32,000 bases of DNA from Parasynechococcus marenigrum WH 8102 (lineage in GTDB: Bacteria > Cyanobacteriota > Cyanobacteriia > PCC-6307 > Cyanobiaceae): positions 720,001 through 752,000 of the forward strand of contig NC_005070.1 of NCBI RefSeq assembly GCF_000195975.1, in the 5' to 3' direction. The notes beneath the pieces are model-generated. The model was not told the origin of the DNA. It made no database searches and was given only the letters and a program-made list of their open reading frames with translations. Numbering within the stretch: position 1 is the stretch's first letter; each line of letters begins with the position of its first letter. The position numbers and the translations under genes are program-made. Below, piece after piece: positions 20,892 to 28,915 of this stretch.

Positions 20892-22298
20892 ATGGCTTTC
20901 AACGATCTCTCCCTGGCACCTTCTGGCAAGTCTGTGGTGAAGTTGCCCAAGGGGTTCGGTGCCTCTGATGCTGTCGGCGCTGTGGTTGAACTCACGACAA
21001 ATAATCAGCTTGGTGATCGATCCATTTTCTTGGAGTTGTTCAATAAAAAGGGATCAGCAGATTTTTTGACGAAGAAAACAGTCAAGAACTTTTTCAAATA
21101 TTTGAATAAAGGTGTGTATGACAATTCAATATTTCACCGGTCTGTTCCTGGCTTCGTGCTTCAAGGGGGAGGGTTCTCGGCGCCGCTTGCCCCTGCTGAC
21201 GAGGGAGGAAGTATTGATCCGGTGGACACGTTCAATCCGATCAAAAATGAGCCCGGTAATTCCAACCGACGTGGAACAATCGCGATGGCAAAACTGGCAG
21301 GGGACCCTGATAGTGCTACCAGTCAGTGGTTCGTGAATCTCGAAGATAATCTGTCTCTGGATACGCAAAATGAAGGATTTACTGTGTTCGGCAAAGTGCT
21401 CGGAAATGGAATGGAAGTTGTTGATTATCTTGCTTCAGTAGAGGTCTATAATTTTGGTGGTCCCTACACAGAGCTGCCACTTTGGCAGCTTGTTCAAAAA
21501 CCCGATGGAAGCCTAGACGTTGGGCCTGAGGATTTTCTGATCGTCTCCTCCGCTGAAAAATTAAAATCTAAAAAGCAGCCATTCGTGTTGAGCGCCGAAA
21601 GTTCTGACGATTCTATTGTTCAAGTTAGCGTCACGAATAATCAGCGGATTAAGTTGAAGACACCCAAGAATGCTTCTGGAACGGCAACCATCTCCGTCGA
21701 GGCTGTCTCTACCGTCGATGGCACTGTTGATGCAGATCGTTTCGACGTTGTGATCGGAGGATCGGCTCAGGCCCGCTCAATGGAGCGTTCAGCGAAGAAG
21801 GGTTCAAAGTTCATTAATATTTTTGTGGATGGAGGGTCTTTTGACGACCCCTTCTACCGTTTCTTTGATTCCAATGGTGATGAGCTTGATCGGCTGAAGA
21901 TCAATGTCAAAAAGAAGTACCGCTTTCACCGCCAGGATGAAGTCGCAAGTCATCCTTTTTATATTGGTGATTCTGGTTACAATACAGATTCAACAAAATC
22001 TTTGAAGCTGAAGGGCGACGGGACTTTCACTGACGGAATTACTGGTTCTGAGATGTTCTCGTTCAGCGTCCGTAAGGCCGACCGCAAGGCCTTCAAAAAG
22101 GAAGCAGAGCTTTCTTACTATTGCACCGCACATTCCTCGATGATCGGAACTTTCGCCATTAAGGGACAGAAGAACAGTGCAAATTTCATGCCTCAAGAAA
22201 GCGCTGATGTGTCAACCATCAATGACTCCACAACCACCAGTTCAGGGGGGTACTACCGAGCAATGACCGACGTTGCGGATCAGCTCCCCTTGATTTGA
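20892..22298 (+). CDS. Cyclophilin-type peptidyl-prolyl isomerase with a long C-terminal extension (Ig-like segment + cupredoxin-like module)
   Basis: Cyclophilin motifs are present (FHRSVPGFVLQGGGF, GTIAMAKLAGDPDSATSQWFVNL, FGKVLGNGMEVVDYL), followed by about 250 extra residues. The track start is TTG 20883 and the first ATG is 20892. The gene is clearly AT-richer than its flanks. Confidence 0.88.
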   Translation: MAFNDLSLAPSGKSVVKLPKGFGASDAVGAVVELTTNNQLGDRSIFLELFNKKGSADFLTKKTVKNFFKYLNKGVYDNSIFHRSVPGFVLQGGGFSAPLAPADEGGSIDPVDTFNPIKNEPGNSNRRGTIAMAKLAGDPDSATSQWFVNLEDNLSLDTQNEGFTVFGKVLGNGMEVVDYLASVEVYNFGGPYTELPLWQLVQKPDGSLDVGPEDFLIVSSAEKLKSKKQPFVLSAESSDDSIVQVSVTNNQRIKLKTPKNASGTATISVEAVSTVDGTVDADRFDVVIGGSAQARSMERSAKKGSKFINIFVDGGSFDDPFYRFFDSNGDELDRLKINVKKKYRFHRQDEVASHPFYIGDSGYNTDSTKSLKLKGDGTFTDGITGSEMFSFSVRKADRKAFKKEAELSYYCTAHSSMIGTFAIKGQKNSANFMPQESADVSTINDSTTTSSGGYYRAMTDVADQLPLI

Positions 22299-22837
22299 TC
22301 TATTCCACTGGAATCTGTACGTATTGCGAATGCCGCCAGAACGCCTCCTAGAAACCCGCCGGCGTGACCAATCCAGCTCACACCGGCGGGTGAGACCCCA
22401 GGGATCAAGGCCAACAAGGCTGAGCCATACAACCAGAACGTGATTCCTCCCAGAAGAATCGGCACGACTCTGCGTTCCAATACACCGATCAACAGGAGAT
22501 AGCCGAGCAATCCATACACCACACCGGAGAGCCCATGGCCTGCAGCTGGCCAGAACAGGGCGATGGGAAGTTCCACCAGCACCACTCCGATCCATACGGC
22601 GATGTAGTCGCGACTGCTCCGCGTCAGCACCAACCAGCTCAGTGGCATAAAAACCATTGTATTGGAGATGAGATGGCCAAATCCCGAGTGGCTGAAGGGT
22701 GCGCTCAACACCCGCCACAACGGCAGGCCGGGCCCCATCGGCAGATTCCACTGGCCACCAAAGAGCAATTGATCGATGAGTTCCTGACCCCAGGCCAGGC
22801 CCAGCAACAGCAACGGAATCAGCCAGCGGCCGCCCAT
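22280..22837 (-). CDS. Rhomboid-family intramembrane serine protease
   Basis: Motifs HSGFGHLISN, GHGLSGVVYGLLG (GxSG) and HAGGFLGGVL are present, with six hydrophobic segments. I use ATG 22837; the track start is TTG 22846. The 3' end overlaps the cyclophilin gene by 19 nt. Confidence 0.9.
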   Translation of the reverse strand: MGGRWLIPLLLLGLAWGQELIDQLLFGGQWNLPMGPGLPLWRVLSAPFSHSGFGHLISNTMVFMPLSWLVLTRSSRDYIAVWIGVVLVELPIALFWPAAGHGLSGVVYGLLGYLLLIGVLERRVVPILLGGITFWLYGSALLALIPGVSPAGVSWIGHAGGFLGGVLAAFAIRTDSSGIDQIKGS

Positions 22838-22884
22838 CTCCAGCAAGCAGGGATCACAATGATGGCTCCCATGCGCTGGGTTGG

Positions 22885-24417
22885 GTGAAGGACAGGGTTG
22901 ATGTGGTGGTGATCGGTAGTGGCATCGGTGGTCTCTGCTGTGCTGCCCTTTGCGCTCGAGCCGGGCGCGAGGTGCTGGTCCTCGAAGCCCACACCCAGCC
23001 CGGTGGTGCAGCCCATGGTTTTCAGCGTCAGGGATATCAGTTCGAATCGGGTCCGTCGCTCTGGAGTGGCTTGGCCCGTTGGCCGAGCGGCAACCCCCTA
23101 GCCCAGATCCTGCGGGCCCTGGATCAGCCCTTGAAGGTCATTCCTTACAACAGCTGGGATGTGTTGTTGCCGGAGGGGGAGCTGAGGATTCCTGTCGGAG
23201 CTGCTGGTTTTGAACAGGTTGTTCGGGATCTGCGCGGGACCGCTGCTGTTGAGGAATGGAGACGCTTCGGGGAGGTGTTGCGTCCGATCGCTGCTGCCGC
23301 CAATGCACTGCCGCTGCTGACGCTGCGCCCTGGACTGGATGCCATGGCGCAGTTGCTGGAACGCGGTCCTCGCCTGGTGAAACATTTGCCGGCGATGCGC
23401 CATCTCTCCGGTGCCTTCGGACCATTGGTCGATCGTCATCTGAAGGATGATTTCCTGCGGCACTGGGTGGATCTGCTCTGTTTCCTGATCAGCGGCATGC
23501 CGATGGGGGATACCAACGCGGCGGCCATGGCGACGCTGTTTGGGGAATGGTTTGAACCGGAGGCCTGCCTCGATTACCCAGTGGGAGGCAGTGCCGCGGT
23601 GGTCGATGCTCTGGTGCAGGGACTGCAGCGCCATGGCGGCGAGCTGAGAACGGCAGCCAGGGTCGAGCGAATCCTGATGGATGGCTCCAGATCAGTTGGC
23701 GTTCAACTCAGCAATGGCGAACTGATTCGCGCCGATCAGATCGTCAGCAATGCCGACATCTGGAGCACGTTGAAGCTGTTACCGCAGGACGTCGCCGTCG
23801 GTTGGCAACGGGATCGCGCCGAGACGCCAGCCTGCCATGGCTTCCTGCATCTGCATCTCGGCTTTGACGCCAGTGGTTTGGACGACCTACCGATTCACAC
23901 CGTCTGGGTGGATGACTGGCAGCGGGGGATTGCAGCGGAACGCAATGCCGTGGTGTTGTCGTTTCCATCGGTGTTGGACCCCGCGATGGCACCGCCAGGG
24001 CAGCATGTGCTGCATGGCTATACGCCAGCCAGCGAACCCTGGTCGTTGTGGGCGGATCTGACACGGGGAAGTGAGGCCTATCAGGCGTTGAAAACGGAGC
24101 GCTGCTCTGTGTTCTGGCGGGTGCTGGAACGACGCATCCCTGACATCCGTGATCGGTGCAACGTGGTACTGGAGGGGACGCCGCTGACCCATGGTCATTA
24201 CCTCAATGTGCATTGCGGCAGCTACGGCCCTGCCCTTTCGGCTGCTGAGGGGCTCTTCCCTGGCGTCACCACTCCTCTTGATGGGCTCTGGCTTTGTGGT
24301 GCCAGCACCTTCCCAGGGATTGGTATTCCACCGGTGGCCGCCAGTGGTGCCCTGGCGGCCCATGGGATTGTCGGTCGTCAGGCCCAGCGCCAGCTGTTGC
24401 AGGAGCTGGGCCTCTGA
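22885..24417 (+). CDS. FAD-dependent oxidoreductase of the phytoene-desaturase / carotenoid-isomerase (CrtISO/CrtH-like, COG1233) family
   Basis: 510-aa ORF with a GTG start. It has the dinucleotide-binding motif DVVVIGSGIGGLCCAALCARAGREVLVLEAHTQPGG, and its overall length and architecture resemble CrtH-type enzymes. The substrate is not assignable. Confidence 0.85.
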   Translation: MKDRVDVVVIGSGIGGLCCAALCARAGREVLVLEAHTQPGGAAHGFQRQGYQFESGPSLWSGLARWPSGNPLAQILRALDQPLKVIPYNSWDVLLPEGELRIPVGAAGFEQVVRDLRGTAAVEEWRRFGEVLRPIAAAANALPLLTLRPGLDAMAQLLERGPRLVKHLPAMRHLSGAFGPLVDRHLKDDFLRHWVDLLCFLISGMPMGDTNAAAMATLFGEWFEPEACLDYPVGGSAAVVDALVQGLQRHGGELRTAARVERILMDGSRSVGVQLSNGELIRADQIVSNADIWSTLKLLPQDVAVGWQRDRAETPACHGFLHLHLGFDASGLDDLPIHTVWVDDWQRGIAAERNAVVLSFPSVLDPAMAPPGQHVLHGYTPASEPWSLWADLTRGSEAYQALKTERCSVFWRVLERRIPDIRDRCNVVLEGTPLTHGHYLNVHCGSYGPALSAAEGLFPGVTTPLDGLWLCGASTFPGIGIPPVAASGALAAHGIVGRQAQRQLLQELGL

Positions 24418-24441
24418 CAGCGATCAGAGGCTGATCGCTGT
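24417..24441. terminator. 11-bp perfect hairpin at a convergent gene junction (possible bidirectional terminator)
   Basis: ACAGCGATCAG-agg-CTGATCGCTGT. It contains the last base of the upstream TGA (24415-24417) and the whole stop codon plus the last codons of the minus-strand gene. There is no U-tract on either side. Confidence 0.4.
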
Positions 24442-27138
24442 GAGCAGGTTGTCGGGGCGGCCGTCCACCCTTGCGAAGTCGTTGTCGAAGCCAACGACCA
24501 GGGTGCCGTCAGGCTTGAGGGCCAGGCCTTCGGGCTTGTCAAAGCGGGGGTCAACACCCGGCAGGGAGGGCAGGTTGAGCAGTTCCACCTGATCCACTTC
24601 CATAACGTCTCCTTCGGCAAAGGCCTCAGCAACGGCAGCAGGGCTCTCCAGCAGTTCAGGGGCGTAGACCCCATCCCCCAGCAGAGATTCCCAGTCGTAG
24701 CCCAGGGTGTCCGTCGCCTCGCTCAGGTCCATGCGCAGGATGGACTTGTTGGCTGCCACGGTGTCGCCGTTGTCGCGATCGATCACCAGGAAGGCTCCGC
24801 GCTCCGGGTCGTAAACGGCATCGCCGATCTTGTCCTGGTTGCTGGGGCCGATCTGGCTGAACATGTATTCGTGTTGAGGTTGTCCGGTGACCGGATCCAT
24901 GGCCAGGATCCGCCGCACTGTGGAGCTGCTGCGATCACCGCCGACGCTCATTGGGGTCTGAATGAAGGCGTAGAGCAGACCGTCGTCGCTGTTGTAGGCC
25001 AGAGCTTCAAACCCGCGGCTGCCTCGACGCTCCAGGTACACCTCCGGCAGGGTGGCTTTGGTGAACTCGGGTACATCGCCCCGGCCTGGCTCGTAGCTGA
25101 TCGCGTTGTAATCGCTGCCTTCAGGCACAATCCGATGGATCAGTTCACCACTCTCGGCGTCGAACAGAGCGACCTGAGGGCGATATTCATCGGAGACGGC
25201 GAAAATCGGGTTGCCGTCATTCAGCCCATCAATGCTGATGCGCTGAATTGATTCGGGATCTAAACCGAACGCATCCGGTGCCACGGGGACGTATCCGCCG
25301 TTGCCATCGGTGGTGAAGGCGGCGTTACTGGAATCCAGGCCGCCGATCTCACCGGTCTCTTCATTGATGCTGTACATCTGAGCGATGCCGGTGGCATCAC
25401 GGAAACCACCCTCGCCATCAGGGACCCGCAAGGTGGTGGTGTCTTTGACTTTCGCCTTGCCCGGCTTGATTTTGTACGACAGCTCAGTGACCTGAAGCTT
25501 GAAATCAGGGTCGCTGAAGATCTTTTCGCCCTCGAAGGCGAAGCCCTGGCCCTCTGGAATATCAATGACCTGGGGGCCCACATCGGAGATGGTGAAGTAA
25601 CGCTTCAGGTCGGCGTCGTAGGTGAGGCCGGAGAGGCCGCCAGCGATGATCTGAACATCTGGCTGGTTGGGGTCCTCCAAGGAGGCGGGCAGTTCCGGGC
25701 TGTTGGTGCCGGGGTAGTTGAGAACGAATTCGGCAGAGCTCGCTTTCAGGTCGCCGAAGCGGTCAGTTACCACCGCCAGCATGTTGTCGGGGCGGCCATC
25801 GACCCGTTGGAAGTCGTTGTCGAAGCCGAAAACCAGGGTTCCATCTGGCTTAAGAGCCAATCCTTCGGGCTTGTCGAACAGGGTGTTGATGCCCTGCTCC
25901 GCCAGGTTGAACAGGGTGGTCTGGTGCACCTCGGAAATGATGCCGTTCATCAGGGGTGAGCGCAGGGCTTCACCGACTTCTTCAGGGGTGTCGAGCATCT
26001 CGGGGGCGTAGACACCCTCTCCGAGGATCGATTCCCACTTGAAGCCGAGCACGTCGGTGGCCCGGGTCAGGTCCATCTCGATCACCGCCTTGTTCGCGGT
26101 TTCATCAGCGACGTTATCGCGATCAATCACATAGAAAACGTTGCGCTCGGCGTCGTACACGGCATCGCCGATCTTGTCCTGTTTATTGGGGCCCGATTGG
26201 CGATAGATGTATTCGTGCTTGGCCTCGCCGGTGATCGGATCCATGGCGATGATGCGTCGCACAGTGGAACCCTTGCGCTCACCATTCACATCCATCGGCG
26301 TTTGGATGAAGGCATACAACAGGCCGTTGTTGCTGTTGTACGCCAGAGCTTCGAAGCCGCGGCTGCCGCGTCGTTCCAGGTACACCTTGGGAAGAGTCTT
26401 CTTGGTGAACTCCTTCACCTCGCCACGCCCTTCTTCGTAGCCGTAACCCTTGTAGCTGCTGGCCTTGGGCACAATCCGGTGAATCAGGTTGCCCGTTTCG
26501 GCGTCATGGATCGACACCTGGGGGCGGTACTCATCGGAGACGGCGAACACGGCCTTGCCATCGTTGAGGCCATCGATACTCAGCCGCAACACCGCCTCAG
26601 GATCCATCCCGAAGGCATCGGCAGGAACAGGTGTGTAACCGCCCATGCCATCCGGGGTGAACGCGGCTGAATCCAGGCCTGAAACCTCACCTGTGGTTTC
26701 ATTGATCCGATACATCTGACCGATGCCGGTGGCGGGACGGAAGCCACCCTGCTCATCGGGAACGTTGAGGGTCACTTCACCGCTGACCTTGACCTTGCCT
26801 TTTTTGCTTTGCTGAAGTTCGTAGACCTGAAGCTTGAAATCAGGATCGTTGAACACTTTCTCGCCTTCAAAGGCGAAGCCCTGCTCTTCGGGAATGTCCT
26901 GGGCTTGAGGGCCCACATCTGAAACGGTGAAATATCGATTCACGCCGGCGTCGTACCAGAGACCGGACAGTCCGCCAGCAATCAGCTGATCGTCGGGGTA
27001 GTTGGGATCGCTGAAAATGTTTGGAACCTTGCTCTTGCTCGTACCGGGGTAGCTGAGCTTGAAGGGAAAACTCTCGGTGCTGATGTCGAGATAGTGGGAT
27101 TCCGCTTTGCGGCTACCAGGAATCGGACTGAAGGACAT
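24424..27138 (-). CDS. Large protein made of two tandem phytase-like (esterase-like activity of phytase, PF13449-type) beta-propeller modules
   Basis: The track ORF is 907 aa from TTG 27147; the first ATG is at 27138. Each half carries RGSRGFEALAYNS..GLLYAFIQTPM and FDKPEGLALKPDGTLV.GFDNDF, motifs typical of this family. No signal peptide is evident. Confidence 0.88.
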   Translation of the reverse strand: MSFSPIPGSRKAESHYLDISTESFPFKLSYPGTSKSKVPNIFSDPNYPDDQLIAGGLSGLWYDAGVNRYFTVSDVGPQAQDIPEEQGFAFEGEKVFNDPDFKLQVYELQQSKKGKVKVSGEVTLNVPDEQGGFRPATGIGQMYRINETTGEVSGLDSAAFTPDGMGGYTPVPADAFGMDPEAVLRLSIDGLNDGKAVFAVSDEYRPQVSIHDAETGNLIHRIVPKASSYKGYGYEEGRGEVKEFTKKTLPKVYLERRGSRGFEALAYNSNNGLLYAFIQTPMDVNGERKGSTVRRIIAMDPITGEAKHEYIYRQSGPNKQDKIGDAVYDAERNVFYVIDRDNVADETANKAVIEMDLTRATDVLGFKWESILGEGVYAPEMLDTPEEVGEALRSPLMNGIISEVHQTTLFNLAEQGINTLFDKPEGLALKPDGTLVFGFDNDFQRVDGRPDNMLAVVTDRFGDLKASSAEFVLNYPGTNSPELPASLEDPNQPDVQIIAGGLSGLTYDADLKRYFTISDVGPQVIDIPEGQGFAFEGEKIFSDPDFKLQVTELSYKIKPGKAKVKDTTTLRVPDGEGGFRDATGIAQMYSINEETGEIGGLDSSNAAFTTDGNGGYVPVAPDAFGLDPESIQRISIDGLNDGNPIFAVSDEYRPQVALFDAESGELIHRIVPEGSDYNAISYEPGRGDVPEFTKATLPEVYLERRGSRGFEALAYNSDDGLLYAFIQTPMSVGGDRSSSTVRRILAMDPVTGQPQHEYMFSQIGPSNQDKIGDAVYDPERGAFLVIDRDNGDTVAANKSILRMDLSEATDTLGYDWESLLGDGVYAPELLESPAAVAEAFAEGDVMEVDQVELLNLPSLPGVDPRFDKPEGLALKPDGTLVVGFDNDFARVDGRPDNLLTAISL
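24427..25728 (-). repeat. C-terminal copy of the intragenic ~1.3-kb tandem duplication
   Basis: It starts at FVLNYPGT and ends at ...DNLLTAISL. It is colinear with the N-terminal copy over its whole length. Confidence 0.9.
25729..27063 (-). repeat. N-terminal copy of the intragenic ~1.3-kb tandem duplication
   Basis: It starts at FKLSYPGT and ends at ...DRFGDLKASSAE. A 58-aa stretch aligned by eye between the copies is 44/58 identical. Similarity is also visible at DNA level (for example 24470-24550 versus 25790-25870). Confidence 0.9.
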
Positions 27139-27157
27139 TCTTGGCAAAATTTGAGCT

Positions 27158-27215
27158 CACCTCAACATGCAAAGAACACGCCGAAGAAGTGTTAGTCAGC
27201 CGACATGTCGAGGTG
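27158..27215 (-). promoter_or_regulatory. Nested inverted repeat in the leader/promoter region of the phytase-like gene
   Basis: The outer arms CACCTCAACATG (27158-27169) and CATGTCGAGGTG (27204-27215) are complementary at 11/12 positions. An inner hairpin AACAC-gccgaagaa-GTGTT lies in the loop. The element begins 11-20 nt upstream of the candidate start codons. Confidence 0.3.
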
Positions 27216-27285
27216 TTGACGGACACATTGGCGGTCTTTCATCGCTCGTTCGCACCCGCGTCATAGTCTTCGTTCAAAGGCATGG

Positions 27286-27498
27286 ATGGCCATGAACAGC
27301 AGCGCCCGTATCGACTCTCTGCAACTGATGCTCACGGATCTGCGCATGCGCAATGAGCCGATCCGCCACAAGGCGGCTTTCCGTGGCTGCCAACCCGAAT
27401 TCCAGGCACTGGTAAGCCGTCTGATCGATCAGCTGGAACGGGAGCTGCTTGAGGAGAAGCAGCGCTCCCGCGAGGAATCCCGGACCGCGGCGGTCTAA
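27286..27498 (+). CDS. Hypothetical 70-aa helical protein
   Basis: ATG start and a charged, coiled-coil-like C-terminus (LERELLEEKQRSREE). Its stop overlaps the stop of the convergent cupin gene. No family recognised. Confidence 0.4.
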   Translation: MAMNSSARIDSLQLMLTDLRMRNEPIRHKAAFRGCQPEFQALVSRLIDQLERELLEEKQRSREESRTAAV

Positions 27499-27998
27499 CG
27501 GAAGCGGTCTCGCCAGAGCTGTTCCTGGGCGCTGGCGTCTGCAGATCCTTCGGAGGGAAAGCCCTTGAGAAAATCCTTGTCTTCCGTGGGTTGATAGGGC
27601 CCTTGCTTGAGCTCGAACATCACGGTGTTGGGTTCAAGGGCCACCAGGGTGTGGAACTGGTTCTCCGCTAATTCGATGCCACGCACAGGTCCTGTGGCCT
27701 CCAGCCGCTCCTGCTGGAGGATTGTTCCGTCGTCGTTCATCACCAGCAGTCCGATCGCCCCCTGCAGCACCAGGAAGCATTCGAATCCAGTTCCGGGTTG
27801 ATCGCGGACGTGCCGGTGGGGTCGCACGTAGGTGCCCGGTTGGAGCACGTTCAGAAACCGCTGCACCAGATCGCTTTCCTGGTGAAGGTTGTGGTTCTTG
27901 CGCAGTCGTGGGTGCTGCCGAGCCACCCCTGCCACCTGATCGAACAGGGCTTGATCCACCCGTTTCAGTTGCACGTTGGTGTGAACGTTGTTGGTCAC
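27495..27998 (-). CDS. WbuC-family cupin-fold protein
   Basis: I use the GTG start at 27998, which gives VTNNVHTNVQLKRVD...; the track start is 28112. The pattern HPRLRKNHNLH...QRFLNVLQPGTYVRPHRH...FECFLVLQG...FELKQGPY matches the WbuC-type cupin from memory. The GTG overlaps the upstream stop (GTGA at 27995-27998). Confidence 0.72.
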   Translation of the reverse strand: MTNNVHTNVQLKRVDQALFDQVAGVARQHPRLRKNHNLHQESDLVQRFLNVLQPGTYVRPHRHVRDQPGTGFECFLVLQGAIGLLVMNDDGTILQQERLEATGPVRGIELAENQFHTLVALEPNTVMFELKQGPYQPTEDKDFLKGFPSEGSADASAQEQLWRDRFR

Positions 27999-28231
27999 GA
28001 GTGGAGGTCTCCAGAGCGGTAGGCCGCTGGCACGATCACCAGAAACAGCAGCCACCAGGCTGAAACGGCCAGGCCGATGGGGATGCTGATCCAGAGACGT
28101 CCGGGCCACCACCAGGACAAGCCGATCACCGCAGAGCCGGTACTAATGATCGACCAGGGCTGGCACCACCAGGGCTTGAGCGACCAGAACGGCGGCTGGT
28201 CAGCGGAGGGTTTCGAGCTCACCGGCGGCAT
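27995..28231 (-). CDS. Trp-rich small membrane protein (2 predicted TM)
   Basis: 78-aa ORF with an ATG start, 10 Trp residues and two hydrophobic spans (IISTGSAVIGLSWWW, IPIGLAVSAWWLLFLVIV). It overlaps the upstream gene by 32 nt and is GTGA-coupled to the downstream cupin. Confidence 0.55.
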   Translation of the reverse strand: MPPVSSKPSADQPPFWSLKPWWCQPWSIISTGSAVIGLSWWWPGRLWISIPIGLAVSAWWLLFLVIVPAAYRSGDLHS

Positions 28232-28808
28232 GCAGGGCTGTGAGGTCGTCGTAGCCGCCGATCGCCGTTCCGTCGATGAACACCTGGGGGAAGGTACGCA
28301 TGCCGCTGCGGGTCTGGCAGGCCTCGAAGTCGGCGTCGTTGTTGACGGTGATCACGGTGTGGGGCAATGCCATGCCCCGCAGCAGTCGAAGTGCGCGGCC
28401 GCACCAGGGGCATCCCGGGAGCACCGCGATTTCAAGCCGTGGGGCAGGCGCGTCCGCGTTGGATTCAGCTGGGGCAGGGGGCTGATCCAGTACACCCACC
28501 AACAGGTCAACGCCTTTCTGCACCAGCGTTCCCGGCTCAAGGTGGCCCCCCCACACCTGGCAGGCACCATCGGAGAGGCTCAGGTGGAGGTGCACTCCCT
28601 CCGGCGCGATCGTGCCATTCAGGGTGATCACCTCAAGGTCGCCCTCCAGGACGGTGGGCTCGGGCTGCCCCGGGCACTGGAAGGCCGCGCGGCTGAGATT
28701 GCCGACCACACCGAGCACAAAACCGTGAATGCCCTGCGTCTGGCTGAGCTCCTCAAGGCTGTTGCGCAGATCGCTGCCTGGAGCAAGCTTCAGCGGCAGA
28801 GGGCGCAT
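28200..28808 (-). CDS. PPC (DUF296, PF03479-like) domain fused to a C-terminal glutaredoxin (CPWC)
   Basis: I use ATG 28808 (MRPLPLKLAPGSDL...). The N-terminal half has the PPC pattern (LEVITLNGTI...VHLHLSLSD..G.VWGGHL). After a Pro/Ala linker comes a Grx domain with the CPWC active site and TFPQVFIDGTAIGGYDDL. Confidence 0.85.
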   Translation of the reverse strand: MRPLPLKLAPGSDLRNSLEELSQTQGIHGFVLGVVGNLSRAAFQCPGQPEPTVLEGDLEVITLNGTIAPEGVHLHLSLSDGACQVWGGHLEPGTLVQKGVDLLVGVLDQPPAPAESNADAPAPRLEIAVLPGCPWCGRALRLLRGMALPHTVITVNNDADFEACQTRSGMRTFPQVFIDGTAIGGYDDLTALHAAGELETLR

Positions 28809-28877
28809 GGCATCGGTGAAACGTGGAGCCACATTACGTGGGATGGATCGGACGCCACAAAGATCTATTTTGGTGAA

Positions 28878-28903
28878 ATATAGTGATAATGTGACCACTA
28901 TAT
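28878..28903. promoter_or_regulatory. Palindromic operator-like element within overlapping divergent -10-like boxes
   Basis: ATATAGTG-(10 nt)-CACTATAT, with perfect 8-bp arms. Each arm contains TATAGT read toward the opposite gene. It is the only AT-rich stretch in the 107-nt divergent intergenic region. Confidence 0.45.
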
Positions 28904-28915
28904 TGTGAATTTATC

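Noticed and set aside
24427-27063. The two phytase-like halves as a recent duplication or assembly artefact
   Set aside because: The copies differ at many positions at both DNA and protein level and both remain in frame. This points to an old, genuine intragenic duplication.
28077-28883. 268-aa plus-strand ORF opposite the PPC-Grx and small membrane protein genes
   Set aside because: The minus-strand reading gives clean PPC and glutaredoxin (CPWC) domains. The plus-strand product has no recognisable features.
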